The translations under genes and the position numbers were made by a program. DNA of 64,000 nucleotides from an uncultured delta proteobacterium (GTDB lineage: Bacteria > Myxococcota > Myxococcia > Myxococcales > Myxococcaceae), in the NCBI GenBank assembly GCA_963771175.1, contig CAVYSY010000021.1, forward strand, positions 192,001 to 256,000, written 5' to 3'. Shown here piece after piece: positions 21,799 to 34,400 of the stretch (position 1 is the first letter of the stretch; every line of letters starts with the position of its first letter). The notes beneath the pieces were generated by a model. It was not told the origin of the DNA and made no database searches. It saw only the letters and a program-made list of their open reading frames with translations.

Positions 21799-23271
21799 AG
21801 GGACTCACGGGGAAGGCGGCGCTCGCGGCGCTGCTGGTGGCCTCCAGCGCGGGAGCCGAGGCGGCGAAGGCCAGTCGCCCGGCGGCGCAGCAGGTGAAGC
21901 AGGCCGCGGTGGTGGACGCGGTGACGCTGCCCAGGGCCACGGTGGTGGAGCTGAAGAACGGCGCGAAGCTGCTCCTGGTGGAGAAGCACGAGGTGCCGCT
22001 GGTGGCCTTCAGCGCGCGGGTGCGCGGCGGGCTCGCTCGGCGACCCCGAGGGCAAGGAGGGCGTGGCCGCGCTCACCGCCGAGCTGCTCCAGAAGGGCGC
22101 CGGCTCGCGCAATGCCGACCAGTTCGCCGAGGCGGTGGACAGCGTGGGCGGCATGCTGGAGGTGCCCGCGGGTCGCGAGTCGCTGCTGCGTGCAGCGGGC
22201 AGTTCATGGCGCGGGACACGGCGCTGATGGTGGAGCTGCTCTCGGACCTGCTGCAGCGCCCGCGCTTCGAGCCGGCGGAGCTGGACAAGACGCGCGCGCG
22301 CATGGTGTCGGAGCTCGCGGCGGAGAAGGACGGCGACCTGCGCGGCGTCGTCGGCACCTACTTCAACGCCTTCCACTTCGGGGCGCACCCGTACGCGCGC
22401 CCGGTGGCCGGCAGCGAGGCGTCGCTCGCCACCCTCAAGCGCGAGGACGTGCTGGCGTACGCGCAAGGCGCAGCTGGGGGGGACCGGCTCATCCTCTCCG
22501 TGGTGGGCGACTTCGACGCGAAGAAGCTCGCGAAGCAGCTCGAGGCGGCGCTCGGTGGCTGGGGGCGCGCGGCCGCTGCCGGCCCCGGTGGCTTCGCCTC
22601 ACCGCAGTCGCTGAAGGGTCGGCGCGTGCTGCTGGTGGACAAGCCGGACGCCACGCAGACGTACTTCTGGGTCGGCAACACCGGCATCTCGCGCACGGAC
22701 CCCGCTCGCGTGGACGTGGAGCTGGCCAACACGGTGTTCGGCGGCCGCTTCACCTCGCTGCTCAACACCGCGCTGCGCGTGAAGTCCGGCCTCACCTACG
22801 GCGCCGGTTCGCTGGTGATGCGCGAGACGCAGCCGGGGCCCGTTCGCCATCTCCTCGTACACGAAGACGGAGTCCACCGCGCAGGCCCTGGACCTGGCGC
22901 TCGACATCCTCGAGGGCTACCGCCAGCAGGGGATGGACGACGCCACGCTCGCCTCCGCCAAGGAGTACGTGCTGGGCCAGTTCCCCCCCACGCTGGAGAC
23001 GGGCCTGCAGCTCGCCGCGAAGCTGTCCGAGCTCGCCTTCTACGGGCTGGACGCGAGCGACGTGGACGGCTTCGCCGCGAAGGTGACCGGCGCGGACAAG
23101 GCGCGCATCCAGGCCGCCATCCAGCGCGTGCTGCCCTCGCGCGAGGACCTGACCGTGGTGCTCATCGGCAAGGCCTCGGCCATCCGCGAGGTGGCGCGCA
23201 AGTACGGCACCGTCACGGAGATGAGCATCACCGACCCGCACTTCGCTCCCGCGCCAAAGCCGGGCCGCTGA
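21795..23271 (+). CDS. M16 peptidase non-catalytic partner, frameshifted
   Basis: ATGA overlap with upstream gene; [48 protein letters not shown]; no HxxEH. Confidence 0.85.
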
Positions 23272-23292
23272 AGGCGGGGGCTTCCCGGCCCG

Positions 23293-24543
23293 CTACTTCG
23301 GAAGCGCGGAGTAGCGGGCCATGCACTTCTGGAAGCGCTTGTTCACCGACTGCGCGAACCACGCGGTGGACTTCTCCCCGCTGATTTTCGGGCTGCGGAT
23401 GACCACGGTGGGGAGCTGCGCGTACGCCGGGGCCTCGCCCGTCACCTCCTGGTACGTGCGTTTGATGGCCTCCCAGGTGTCCGTCTCCTCGAAGGCGAGC
23501 TCCTTCTCCTGCAACACGTCCTTGCGTACCCGCCGCTCGCTCAGGTCCGACGCGTACCGTTGCCGGAAGGCCAGGAGCGCCTTGAGCGAGTTGCTGTCCT
23601 CGTCCACCGGCTCGCCCTGCTTGTCGTAGGCGAGCAGGTCCCCATCCGGCACCAGCTTGATGCCCGTGAGGCGGCTCACCTGCTGTTGCACCGCCGCGTT
23701 GCGCGAGGCGTAGAAGCCCGCGTTGTAGTCCGCGAAGCGGTAGAGGGGCTCGCTGTAGTGGGCCTCGTAGCCGAGCAGCCGCGCCGTGCCGTAGTACACC
23801 CCGCCGCCGCGCGTGTAGAGCTCCTCGCGCACCCGCCGCTCCGCCTGCTCGTCCCCGCCGGCCAGGTCCGCCGAGAAGCTCACGCTCACCTGCATGGAGC
23901 CGGCGGTGGTGATGGGGTTGAGGTCCTCCAGCCGCGTGGACTTGAAGAGCGAGCTCGCGAGCTGGGCCGCGATGTACGACTTCGGGTACTCCGTCTCGTA
24001 GTACTCCAGCAGCTCGCGGAAGATGCGGTCCAGGTCCCGCTCCGTCTTCACCAGCTTGAGCCGCTGCTCGAAGCTCTGCGTCTGGCCCGGCGCCTTGCCC
24101 TCGAGCAGGGCCCTCACCGCCGGAGGCCCGAGCGGGCCGAGCTTGTCCGCGTAGGCCTCCAGCCGCTGGTGGACGATGCGCGCCAGGCCCGGCACCGCAG
24201 GGTTGGCCTCGAAGCCGGACTCCTGCTCGATGACGGCCAGCACCGAGCACACCGCCTCGGGCGACGGGTACAGCCGGTGCGCCTCCAGCGCGGCCATTAC
24301 GTCCTCCGCCCAGCCCTCCCGGTCCTTCTCCTCCGGAGGCACGAGCTGCGCCGCCTGCTCCACGGTGACGCGCGGCGGGAGCGGGGGCTCGGGGCGGACG
24401 TGGCGCGGGGCGCAGGCGGCCAGCACCGAGAGCGCGCACACGGCCAGCACCCCCGCGCCCGTCCAATCCCGGAAAGAGGAGCGAAGTGACCACGAGAAAA
24501 CGTTTACAGCCCGTAAAACAGAAAAAGTCCTGAAAACCATCAT
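23293..24543 (-). CDS. DUF1615 (YaiW-like) lipoprotein
   Basis: LAAC lipobox; [41 protein letters not shown]...STAWFA; start uncertain. Confidence 0.85.
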   Translation of the reverse strand: MMVFRTFSVLRAVNVFSWSLRSSFRDWTGAGVLAVCALSVLAACAPRHVRPEPPLPPRVTVEQAAQLVPPEEKDREGWAEDVMAALEAHRLYPSPEAVCSVLAVIEQESGFEANPAVPGLARIVHQRLEAYADKLGPLGPPAVRALLEGKAPGQTQSFEQRLKLVKTERDLDRIFRELLEYYETEYPKSYIAAQLASSLFKSTRLEDLNPITTAGSMQVSVSFSADLAGGDEQAERRVREELYTRGGGVYYGTARLLGYEAHYSEPLYRFADYNAGFYASRNAAVQQQVSRLTGIKLVPDGDLLAYDKQGEPVDEDSNSLKALLAFRQRYASDLSERRVRKDVLQEKELAFEETDTWEAIKRTYQEVTGEAPAYAQLPTVVIRSPKISGEKSTAWFAQSVNKRFQKCMARYSALPK

Positions 24544-24608
24544 AGCCCCTTGATCGCCGGGTAGTTGGTGTGTCAAGAAACTCGCCTCTTCTTCAGAGGA
24601 GTATTGAA

Positions 24609-26840
24609 TTGGCTAATCGCATGTTCAGGACTCTGTGTGTGGCGTGGCTGGGCGCGAGCCTCGCCGCCTGCGGCTCGACGGTCGAGGTGAATGAGGAGGC
24701 CGTCCGCGCGGGTGAGAAGGACGTGGACATCCAGGCCGCCCTGGCGAAGTTCAAGGACGCGCGCGTGGTGGGTAGCGAGGCCGGCGTGCCCTACATGGTG
24801 ACGGGCAAGCTGGGCCGGCTGCCGGCGCTGAGCACCGTGAGCGAGCTGCGCGCGAAGGACGAGCTGCGCACGACGGCGGCGAGCATCTCGCCGGTGTTCC
24901 GGGTGAGCGGCGAGGAGGTGACGTTCAAGCGCGCCTCGACGGACTCGCGTGGCCACCAGTTCATGCGCTTCCAGCAGGTGCTCAACGGCCGGGAGGTGGT
25001 TGGCGGCGAGCTGCTGCTGCATGCGGACGCCGAGGGCAACGTGTACGCGGCCAACAGCTCGCTGCGCGAGGTTCAGGGCGCGGCCTCCCAGGCGCGGGTG
25101 GCGGCCGAGGCGGCGCAGCGCGCGGCCGTGGACGGCTCCGAGGCCCTCCGCGCCGAGGCGCAGGGCGCGGCCCGGCTGGTCTACGTCAAGCCCGACGGCC
25201 AGCAGCTTCGGCTGGCCTATGAGGTGCGCGTGACGGGCGAGCGCGCCGACGGTCTGCCGGTGGATGACCTGGTCTACGTCAGCGCCGACGACGGGCGGAC
25301 GCTGGCCACGCACTCGCGCATCCACACCGCGCAGAACCGGGCGGTGTACTCGGCCAACAACGGCACCAGCCTGCCGGGCACGCTCAAGCGCAGCGAGGGT
25401 GGCGCGGCCACCGGTGACACCCATGTGGACGACAACTACAACCACCTGGGCACCACCTACCAGTGCTACTCCGTGAACTTCGGCCGCGACTCCTACAACA
25501 ACGCGGGCGCGCAGCTGAAGAGCACGGTCCACTACAGCAGCAACTACGTCAACGCCTTCTGGAACGGCACCCAGATGGTGTACGGCGACGGCGATGGCGT
25601 GCAGTCCTCGCCGCTGGGCAAGTCGCTGGACGTGACGGTGCACGAGCTCACCCACGCGGTGACCAGCTCCGAGTCCAACCTCACCTACTCCAACGAGTCC
25701 GGCGCGCTCAACGAGGGCATGAGCGACATCTTCTCCGCCTACTGCGAGGCGTGGACGAAGGGCTGGGTCACCGACGCGGCGGTGTACATGATCGGCGACG
25801 ACATCTGGACGCCGGCCACCCCGGGTGACGCCCTGCGCTACATGGGCAACCCGACGCAGGACGGCTCGTCGAAGGACTACTACCCCGAGCGCTACACGGG
25901 CGCCTCCGACAACGGCGGCGTGCACTGGAACTCGGGCATCGCCAACCTGGCCTTCAAGCTGCTGAGCGAGGGTGGCACCCACCCGCGCTCCAAGACGACC
26001 ACCGTCGTGCCGGCCATCGGCATCCAGAAGGCGGGGAAGATTTTCTACGAGGCCAACGCCAACTGCATGACCTCGTCCTCGAACTTCGCGGCGGCGAAGA
26101 CCTGCACCGAGCAGAAGGCGCAGGCGTTCTACGGCGCGGCGGAGCTGGACGCGGTGACGAAGGCCTGGGAGGCCGTGGGCGTGGGCGTGGCCGTTCCGCC
26201 GCCGACCACCACCCCGCTGAGCAACGGCGTCGCGAAGACCGGCCTCGCCGGCTCCGCGGGCGCCAACGCGTACTACACGCTGCAGGTGCCGGCGGGTCAG
26301 GCCAGCCTGACGTTCGACATCACCGGTGGCACGGGTGACGCGGACATGTACGTGAAGTTCGGCTCGGCGCCGGACTCGGCCACCTACGACTGCCGCCCGT
26401 ACAAGAGTGGCAACGTGGAGAACTGCACCTTCACCAACCCGGCCGCGGGCACCTGGTACGTGATGCTCAACGCCTACTCGACCTACTCGGGCGTCTCCCT
26501 GACGGGCCTCTACAGCGGTGGCGGCACGGGTGGCGGCACTCCGACGACCGAGACGGCCAGCGGCAGCGTGGCCTCGGGCGCCACCGTCAACTACGGCGCG
26601 TACAGCGTGGTGGCTGGCACCCAGTTCAAGGTGGTGATGACGGGCTCGGGCGACCCGGACCTGTACGTCCGCTTCGGCGCGGCCCCCACCACCACCACCT
26701 ACAACTGCCGTCCGTACCTCTCGGGCGCCTCCGAGACGTGCGACCTGACGGTGCCCGCCGGCCAGAGCAGCGCGTACATCATGGTGCGCGGCTACACCGC
26801 GGCCACCTACAACCTGGCCATCAACTACACCAAGCCGTAG
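24609..26840 (+). CDS. M4 thermolysin-family metalloprotease with propeptide and two C-terminal PPC domains
   Basis: GAGGAG RBS then TTG; LAAC lipobox; NAFWNG, HELTH, NEGMSD, DNGGVH; two GDxDxYVxFG PPC repeats. Confidence 0.95.
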   Translation: MANRMFRTLCVAWLGASLAACGSTVEVNEEAVRAGEKDVDIQAALAKFKDARVVGSEAGVPYMVTGKLGRLPALSTVSELRAKDELRTTAASISPVFRVSGEEVTFKRASTDSRGHQFMRFQQVLNGREVVGGELLLHADAEGNVYAANSSLREVQGAASQARVAAEAAQRAAVDGSEALRAEAQGAARLVYVKPDGQQLRLAYEVRVTGERADGLPVDDLVYVSADDGRTLATHSRIHTAQNRAVYSANNGTSLPGTLKRSEGGAATGDTHVDDNYNHLGTTYQCYSVNFGRDSYNNAGAQLKSTVHYSSNYVNAFWNGTQMVYGDGDGVQSSPLGKSLDVTVHELTHAVTSSESNLTYSNESGALNEGMSDIFSAYCEAWTKGWVTDAAVYMIGDDIWTPATPGDALRYMGNPTQDGSSKDYYPERYTGASDNGGVHWNSGIANLAFKLLSEGGTHPRSKTTTVVPAIGIQKAGKIFYEANANCMTSSSNFAAAKTCTEQKAQAFYGAAELDAVTKAWEAVGVGVAVPPPTTTPLSNGVAKTGLAGSAGANAYYTLQVPAGQASLTFDITGGTGDADMYVKFGSAPDSATYDCRPYKSGNVENCTFTNPAAGTWYVMLNAYSTYSGVSLTGLYSGGGTGGGTPTTETASGSVASGATVNYGAYSVVAGTQFKVVMTGSGDPDLYVRFGAAPTTTTYNCRPYLSGASETCDLTVPAGQSSAYIMVRGYTAATYNLAINYTKP

Positions 26841-26863
26841 TCCCGACGGACAGGATGGGTTGA

Positions 26864-26899
26864 GCGGCGGGCGGTCCTCCTCGGGGGGCCGCCCGTCGT
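26864..26899. terminator. GC-rich hairpin between convergent genes
   Basis: GCGGCGGGCGGTCCTCC / GGGGGGCCGCCCGTCGT imperfect stem. Confidence 0.6.
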
Positions 26900-26914
26900 G
26901 CTTGCGGGGCCCGC

Positions 26915-27610
26915 CTACCGCCGCACCTCGATGTCGCGCGCGAGGCTCTCGCCGCCCCCCACCAGGTCGAACGAGGCGCGCACCGGCATGCCCTCGGAGA
27001 GGGTCCTCAGGGGGATGTGGCGACCCCGGCGCAGGCCCCGGCTGCGGCCGTCGATGCGCAGCTCGTAGACGTTGCCCTCGTCGTCGCTCACCTCGATGGT
27101 GCCGGGGCGCACGCGCTTCACCCGGCCGTCCACGGTGCCGGTGGCGATGGTGACCTGCTCGAGAGGCCGCACGGTGGCGCCACTCATGTCGCCCGCACGT
27201 GCCGCCGCGGCGGCCTCGCGGAACCACGCCTTGTCATCGTCCTGCGCGGAGGGGCGGGCGGGCTCGCGCTCCCAGGTGGCGGAGTCCGTCTCCAGCAGCC
27301 GCGAGGGAGGTGGCTCCTCGTCCGTTCCGCTCGCCCCGGCCGGTGGCTCGGGCGTCACGGGGGGCTCGGCGGCCTCGGGGCGGGCGGCCTCGGGCGCGGG
27401 GGCCTTCGGCTCCGGCATCGGCTCCGGTGGGTGGACGGTGGCGACGGGTTGGATGGGGGGTGCCTCGGAGGGAGCACAGGACTCCGTGGGCGTGGAGGTG
27501 TCACAGGCCGCACCTTCCGGCCCCGGCTTCTTGCATCCCGCCGAACAGAGGACACACCACCCCAGCAGCCCCAACCCCACGGCCCATTCTCGCCATCCTG
27601 CCCTCCCCAC
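26915..27610 (-). CDS. Hypothetical lipoprotein with Pro-rich linker and small beta-rich C-terminal domain
   Basis: SAGC lipobox-like motif; PEP-rich linker; GC3-biased C-terminus. Confidence 0.65.
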   Translation of the reverse strand: MGRAGWREWAVGLGLLGWCVLCSAGCKKPGPEGAACDTSTPTESCAPSEAPPIQPVATVHPPEPMPEPKAPAPEAARPEAAEPPVTPEPPAGASGTDEEPPPSRLLETDSATWEREPARPSAQDDDKAWFREAAAAARAGDMSGATVRPLEQVTIATGTVDGRVKRVRPGTIEVSDDEGNVYELRIDGRSRGLRRGRHIPLRTLSEGMPVRASFDLVGGGESLARDIEVRR

Positions 27611-27688
27611 ACTCGCCCAGGGGAAGGTGGGGCGTCAGGGCCAGCGCGGCAAGCCTCCCCCGGAGCCCCGTTCAGTGGTGGAGCTTCG

Positions 27689-28700
27689 CTAGCGTCCGGG
27701 GCCGCCAGAGCCCGGAGCACGCCAGCGCTGGAGCAACTCGCGTGCGCTGCCGCCGCGCTCCAGTCGGGCCTCCGTCACGCCGAGGTCCGGCCCCAGCTCC
27801 AGGACGAACGCGAGCGTCGGCTCGCCGCGCAGGTGGTAGCGCAGGTCTCCGATGCGCACCGTCCGTGCGTCCGTTCGCGCCGGGGGCCGAGGAGATGACG
27901 GGGAAGCGGGCCCAGGCGAGCGCCTCGTGCACGGTGGGCACGGCGCGCACGGTGGCGGGGAGCGCGTCCGGGGTGGGCCGGGGAAGGCGGCGCTCCTCAT
28001 GCGGGGGCTCGCCCGGGGACACCGTCCCGGCCACGTACTCGGAGGGGAGGACGGCCACGTAGCGCCAGGTGGTGAGCGAGAGCCATGCGGGGAAGACCTG
28101 CACCCGCTCCGCCAGGGGCCAGGCCTCGCGCACCCGGGAGGTCAGCGTCGCCTGGAGGACGCCGCGCAGGCCCACGTACGCGGCCGAGCACGCGAGCCCC
28201 ACGAGCAGGGCCCGCCTCCAGTGGACGCGGCGGCGCCAGGCCCACACCGCACCGGCGAGGAGGGGGAGGGTGACGAGCGGGTCCACCACCATCGTCCAGT
28301 CGAGCGTGAGGCGCTGGTCGGAGAAGGGGAGGAGGAGCCGGGTGCCCCAGCCGGTCCACAGGTCGGGCAGCAGGTGGGCCACGCCGAGCGCGAGCAGGCT
28401 GGAGAGGTAGACGGGAAGGAAGCGGGCGCGGCGGAAGACGAGCAGGGCGAGCCCGGTGGCGGCGAGGGCGACGACGGGCGCGAAGACGAGCGCGTGAGAC
28501 AGGCCGCGGTGGGCGCGCAGGGCGTGGTCGACGGAGTTGGCCGCCGGCAGGAGGGTGTCGAGGTCGGGCAGCTCGGCGGCGAGGACGGAGCCGAGGAGGA
28601 CGGCCTTGTCGGTGGGCGAGAGCGGGGAGCCTGCGGGAGAGTCGGGCCGGCGCAGCGCGCCGAGGGCGAGGCCCAGCAACCCGTGGGTGAGGTTGTCCAT
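27689..28700 (-). CDS. Inner-membrane metal-dependent hydrolase (YdjM/LexA-binding type), frameshift near 27865
   Basis: MDNLTHGL, ELPDLD, HRGLSHAL, HLLPDLWTGWG; C-terminus VRIGDLRY lies in ORF 27689..28000. Confidence 0.85.
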
Positions 28701-28704
28701 GGCG

Positions 28705-29517
28705 TCACGCTCCCAGGGCGCGAGCCACGGCCCGCACGTGTGTTTGGACGAGCTCCCGGGCCCGAGTGAGCTCCTCCAGGCGGGAGGGGACATACCCGAG
28801 GCACAGCACCACCTCGTCCTCGGGGGCGGCGCGCGCTCCGAGGGCGGCGTAGTCGAGGTTGCGCGAGACGGGCTCGCCCTCGGTGTCCGGGGTGAAGCGG
28901 CCGAAGACGGCGGCGTGGGTGCCCCGGTCGGGCGCGGTCTCCTTCAGGGCGAAGAGTTGGCGCACGGCCTCGAGCGCCGCGGGCCGGGCGGCGAGGGCCT
29001 CCGGGTCCACCGGCCCCGCGAGCTCCCACTCGAGCAGGCGCAGGCAGCCGCGGACGAACTCCACGTCGGTGAGGACGAGCCCGTACAGGTACCAGTCCGC
29101 GCACGCCGCCTGGACGAGCCGCGCCTGGGCGTCCGAGAGCCAGGTGAAGGAGGGGCAGGTGAAGGTCTCGCAGATGTCGGCGCGGTAGACGCCGCAGTCG
29201 CGCAGGTCCTCGCCGCCCGTCACCTTCGGGTGGCCGAGGCACCCCACGCGCGTGTGCTCCGCGTCGAGGAAGCCGAGCAGCGGACAGACGCGCACCGCGG
29301 GGAAGAGGGGAGGCGTGGCGTGGCGAGCCTCGAGCAGGGCCCGGGCCGCGCGCTGGTACGCCTCGGGCTGTTTGGGCAGCGGGCGGAAGGTGGCGGTCTG
29401 CTCGGCGAGGCGCTCGGTGAGCGTGGCGCGCGAGTGGTCGCGGAAGTTGTAGAGGCCGCAGCAGGCCCCACAGGAGGCGCCGCGGCCGGGCTGGCACAGG
29501 TGGAAGGAGACGGACAT
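28705..29517 (-). CDS. Cys-rich hypothetical protein, possible Fe-S or Zn binding
   Basis: SCGACCGLYN, VCPLLG, GCLGHP, DCGVY...ICETFTCPS; tightly packed between neighbours. Confidence 0.78.
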   Translation of the reverse strand: MSVSFHLCQPGRGASCGACCGLYNFRDHSRATLTERLAEQTATFRPLPKQPEAYQRAARALLEARHATPPLFPAVRVCPLLGFLDAEHTRVGCLGHPKVTGGEDLRDCGVYRADICETFTCPSFTWLSDAQARLVQAACADWYLYGLVLTDVEFVRGCLRLLEWELAGPVDPEALAARPAALEAVRQLFALKETAPDRGTHAAVFGRFTPDTEGEPVSRNLDYAALGARAAPEDEVVLCLGYVPSRLEELTRARELVQTHVRAVARALGA

Positions 29518-29518
29518 G

Positions 29519-31324
<1,806 letters not shown>

Positions 31325-31371
31325 GGGAGGAGTGATATCCCATGCCCGCGGGGCCGGAGTAGACATGAAGG

Positions 31372-32214
31372 CTAATGCCGCCCCAACTCCCTGTCCCAGG
31401 CAGCCAACTGCACGGTCACGGTGTATTTGTAGGCGCTGGAGAGAGCCTCGAACCTCTCCAGGGGAAGCGTGGAGAGGCGCTCGCGCAGGAAGTCCGGGTC
31501 GCTGAGCACCTCGGGGTGTTTGAATTCGGTGTCCACCTCTACCAAGACAGGAATCACCCGGAGCACGGCCTCCATGCAATCCTCTCGGGTAGCGCGAGCC
31601 ATGCGCTCCACCGTCAGGGCCATGTGCTCGCGGACCGAGGCCGGGCCTCCGGGGCACCAGGCCTCCAGGGTCTCGCTGTAGATGTACTCCATGAGGTCGT
31701 CGATTGTGTGGTGGGTGTCGGGCAACCTGTACACATAGCGAGGGCCCTGGAGCACATCCCAGAAGCGGAGCACAGAGGCGAGCCGGTTCGCCATGCGCTC
31801 AGCGCTCCGCCGCGGGGGCGGAGACACGGCGTGGTAGAGGGCGCCCCAAGGGGTGCTCAGGCAGAAGGACTCGAAGGCTGCTGCCGTGCGTTGACGCTCC
31901 TCCTCCTGGACGCATTCGTCCAGGCTGGTGAAGACGCTGAGAAACATGTGCACCCGCCAGCGCGGGTGGGTCGAGTCGAAATCGGCCCCCGAGTGCATTA
32001 CCAGCACCTCGCCTGGCGGAACCTGGCGCATCTGTCTGGGCTGGGGAAATGCACCGGTCTTGAGGTACTCCCGGGCCCACCAGTGGCCCTCGGCTCTCAC
32101 CTTGCGGAGGATGGCGGCGGTGGTGCCGTAGAGCCAGGCTGGAAACTCAAGCACTGGGGACTGTTCCGGGGTCATGGTCTTTTGCCCTAGCACAGCGGCC
32201 AGGTGCTCCTCCAT
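31372..32214 (-). CDS. Hypothetical protein, possibly 5'-truncated
   Basis: 280-aa ORF with less GC3 bias than neighbours; frame stays open upstream to about 32238, where the transposase remnant begins. Confidence 0.65.
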   Translation of the reverse strand: MEEHLAAVLGQKTMTPEQSPVLEFPAWLYGTTAAILRKVRAEGHWWAREYLKTGAFPQPRQMRQVPPGEVLVMHSGADFDSTHPRWRVHMFLSVFTSLDECVQEEERQRTAAAFESFCLSTPWGALYHAVSPPPRRSAERMANRLASVLRFWDVLQGPRYVYRLPDTHHTIDDLMEYIYSETLEAWCPGGPASVREHMALTVERMARATREDCMEAVLRVIPVLVEVDTEFKHPEVLSDPDFLRERLSTLPLERFEALSSAYKYTVTVQLAAWDRELGRH

Positions 32215-32239
32215 CGCCAGGCACTTCGTTCGCTCTTGC

Positions 32240-33135
32240 TACTTCGTCACGTCCAGGTGTTTCCAGGGACGGCTGCTGCTGCGTCCCAGCCCGGAGGTGA
32301 ATGAGGTGGTTGGAGGTGTACTGGCGCGAGCTGTGGAACAGAGCGCCGGCACGGTGAGGTTGTATGCCTTCGCCTTCGCCTCCAACCACTTCCATCTGCT
32401 GGTGTGGGCACGGGGGGCCGCGCTCGCCTCCTTCATGCAGTACCTACGCGCCAACCTCTCCAGGAAGGTGGGGAAGCTGGTGGACTGGAGTGGGGGCTTC
32501 TGGGAGCGGCGCTACTCGGCAGAGCCGGTGCTGGACGACAGTGCGCTGGTGGGCCGGCTGCGCTACGTGCTCGCCCATGGAGTGAAGGAGGGGCTGGTGG
32601 CGCGGTGCGCCGAGTGGCCGGGCCTTACGTGTCTGCCGCAGTTGCTGGGACCAGCACGGCGGCTGTTCCGCTGGTTCAACTGGACGAAGCGCTGGAGCAG
32701 AAGGAGGCGTGAGGACACGGCGGTGGGGGAGGGGCGCTTCGCCGAGGAATGGGCCGAGCCGGTGGCGTTGGAGATTGCGCCACTGCCGTGCTGGCACGGA
32801 ATGGGAGAGGACACGAGGAATCGCGCGGTACGGGCGCTGTTGCAGGACATAGAGGTTGAGTTCCGTGCGCGGGGCGAGCCTGTAATGGGGGTGCACAGGC
32901 TGTTCGGACGCAGCACCCGCATACCCGGCCCGAGCGTCTCCAGCGCAGCCCGCGACCGCTGGGACATGCGTCCACGCGCCAGTCCCTGCGGGAGTTGCGC
33001 GAGCAGTATCGCGATTTCGTCTCGGCATTCCGAGAAGCCGCGGCTCGCTGGAGACAGGGGGACTTCTCCGCCTGCTTCCCCCGGTTCTCCTTCCCGCCGC
33101 GAGTCGTGCCCGGTCGCATCGCTCGTGTTCTTTGA
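32240..33135 (+). mobile_element. REP-associated tyrosine (Y1/HUH) transposase, 5'-truncated and frameshifted
   Basis: YFVTSRCFQGRLLLRPS, FASNHFHLL (HUH), GGFWERRYS, LRYVLAHGVKEGLV...WPG; no start codon or RBS; frameshift near 32900; stop TGA 33133-33135. Confidence 0.82.
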
Positions 33136-33168
33136 CACCCTTCTGGAGCGCCTGCCTCCACACCGGGG

Positions 33169-33210
33169 GCTGTACAAATCGTCTGACACCTTCTGCGACA
33201 CCTTCTGCGG
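33169..33210 (+). repeat. 29-bp direct repeat, copy 1, plus a partial tandem duplication
   Basis: GCTGTACAAATCGTCTGACACCTTCTGCG at 33169-33197, followed by ACACCTTCTGCGG. Confidence 0.9.
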
Positions 33211-33212
33211 CT

Positions 33213-33270
33213 CCGATCTCGCTGATCACGATGTTCCGATCCTGGTGATCACGATGGGCCGACGCGCGCA
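33213..33270. mobile_element. Probable isolated IS21-family terminal repeat
   Basis: 23-bp period: CCGATCTCGCTGATCACGATGTT / CCGATCCTGGTGATCACGATGGG / CCGACGCGCGCA, ending in CA. Confidence 0.55.
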
Positions 33271-33378
33271 GTCGACAAGGCCCGCCTGGGTGAACGCATC
33301 GGGTCGCTGTCCGGCACACGGGTGGAGCAGATCCTGGCCGGCCTGCGATTCCAGCAGGTGTCGTTCTTCGAGCGGTAG
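33271..33378 (+). pseudogene. 3' fragment of a PemK/MazF-like toxin gene
   Basis: VDKARLGERIGSLSGTRVEQILAGLRFQQVSFFER*, starting exactly at the IS-like end. Confidence 0.6.
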
Positions 33379-33394
33379 CGAACGACTACCGCAC

Positions 33395-34168
33395 TCAACC
33401 CTGGCCCTGCTTGTGAGCGGGACACAGGAAAATGCTGAGGTACTCGGGTGTAGAACTCCCGACGCGCACGAGCTGGGGCGTTATGTCTTGGCCATAGACC
33501 TGGGCCAACGGTGGGCTGATCTTCTCCTGGAGAGAGCGGGCGGCTTCTTGCTCGCTCGGCTCGTACCGGATCTGCACACCCTCCGCCCGATAGCCCACCC
33601 GGTCGTTCACCACCTTGGGGAGCTTGCGCACGCGGATACCCCCGACTGCATTCGCTCCAGCCAGTGTCTCTCTCCGCAGGGTGTCGGCAACCGCATTGGC
33701 GTGCTGTTCTCCCATCGGTTCGTTGTCGCAGTAGAAGATATCGACATTCCAGCTCTCCGAGCGTGGCGTTCCAGCTGGCGTGGGCACCTGAGCGATAGGT
33801 TGCTCCCCGGCCAAGAAGCGTGCCTCATCCTGGGCCTCAGTGGACTGGGCACCCACCTGGATGGCTTGCAGCAGGCTTGCGCGTAAGCTGGACTCGGGCG
33901 GCATGGCCTCCACGAGCGCCGTCGCAACCCGCTCCATCCGCTCGTTGCGCTCCTTGAGAGCCGAGACCACTTCCTTGTAGACGCTGAGGCTGTATTCGTC
34001 GCTGTGCTTGAGTGACTCCAGGGCGTGGGAGGCCTCGCGCTGCTTCTCCTGGATCATCTCGAGATTGCGCTGGGTCTGCGTATTGAGCCAGAGCGAGAGC
34101 GATGTCACGACCAACGTGCCGCCGATTCCCACCGCCTCCATTGCCGTCTTGAAGCTATTCCAATTCAT
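33395..34168 (-). CDS. Hypothetical membrane-anchored protein
   Basis: N-terminal TM followed by coiled coil; visibly lower GC than flanks. Confidence 0.7.
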   Translation of the reverse strand: MNWNSFKTAMEAVGIGGTLVVTSLSLWLNTQTQRNLEMIQEKQREASHALESLKHSDEYSLSVYKEVVSALKERNERMERVATALVEAMPPESSLRASLLQAIQVGAQSTEAQDEARFLAGEQPIAQVPTPAGTPRSESWNVDIFYCDNEPMGEQHANAVADTLRRETLAGANAVGGIRVRKLPKVVNDRVGYRAEGVQIRYEPSEQEAARSLQEKISPPLAQVYGQDITPQLVRVGSSTPEYLSIFLCPAHKQGQG

Positions 34169-34400
34169 GGCTGGCTCAGCCTTCCTGATTGCAGGGACGG
34201 GGCAGAGGCTCGGGTCTTGCCTACTGCCTCCCTCACCTGAAGAAGATGAGCAGCGCCGAGGCGTAGAGGTAGAACGGACGGGCGCGCCTTGGGTACTGCC
34301 GACTGGCAGGCGAGGGTGCTGGCAGTGCGAGCGGCGCAGAGGAGCAACGTTGAACTTTCTGCTCCGCTCGCTTGATATGCCCACATCACGAGGAGGTGCC

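Noticed and set aside
20570..22860. Programmed frameshifting in the M16 genes
   Set aside because: Too many shifts, no slippery-site pattern, and the same behaviour in unrelated genes
33136..33886. C-terminal part of the 570-aa ORF 32174..33886 as transposase
   Set aside because: Transposase similarity leaves this frame near 32900; the rest reads through repeats and antisense to another gene
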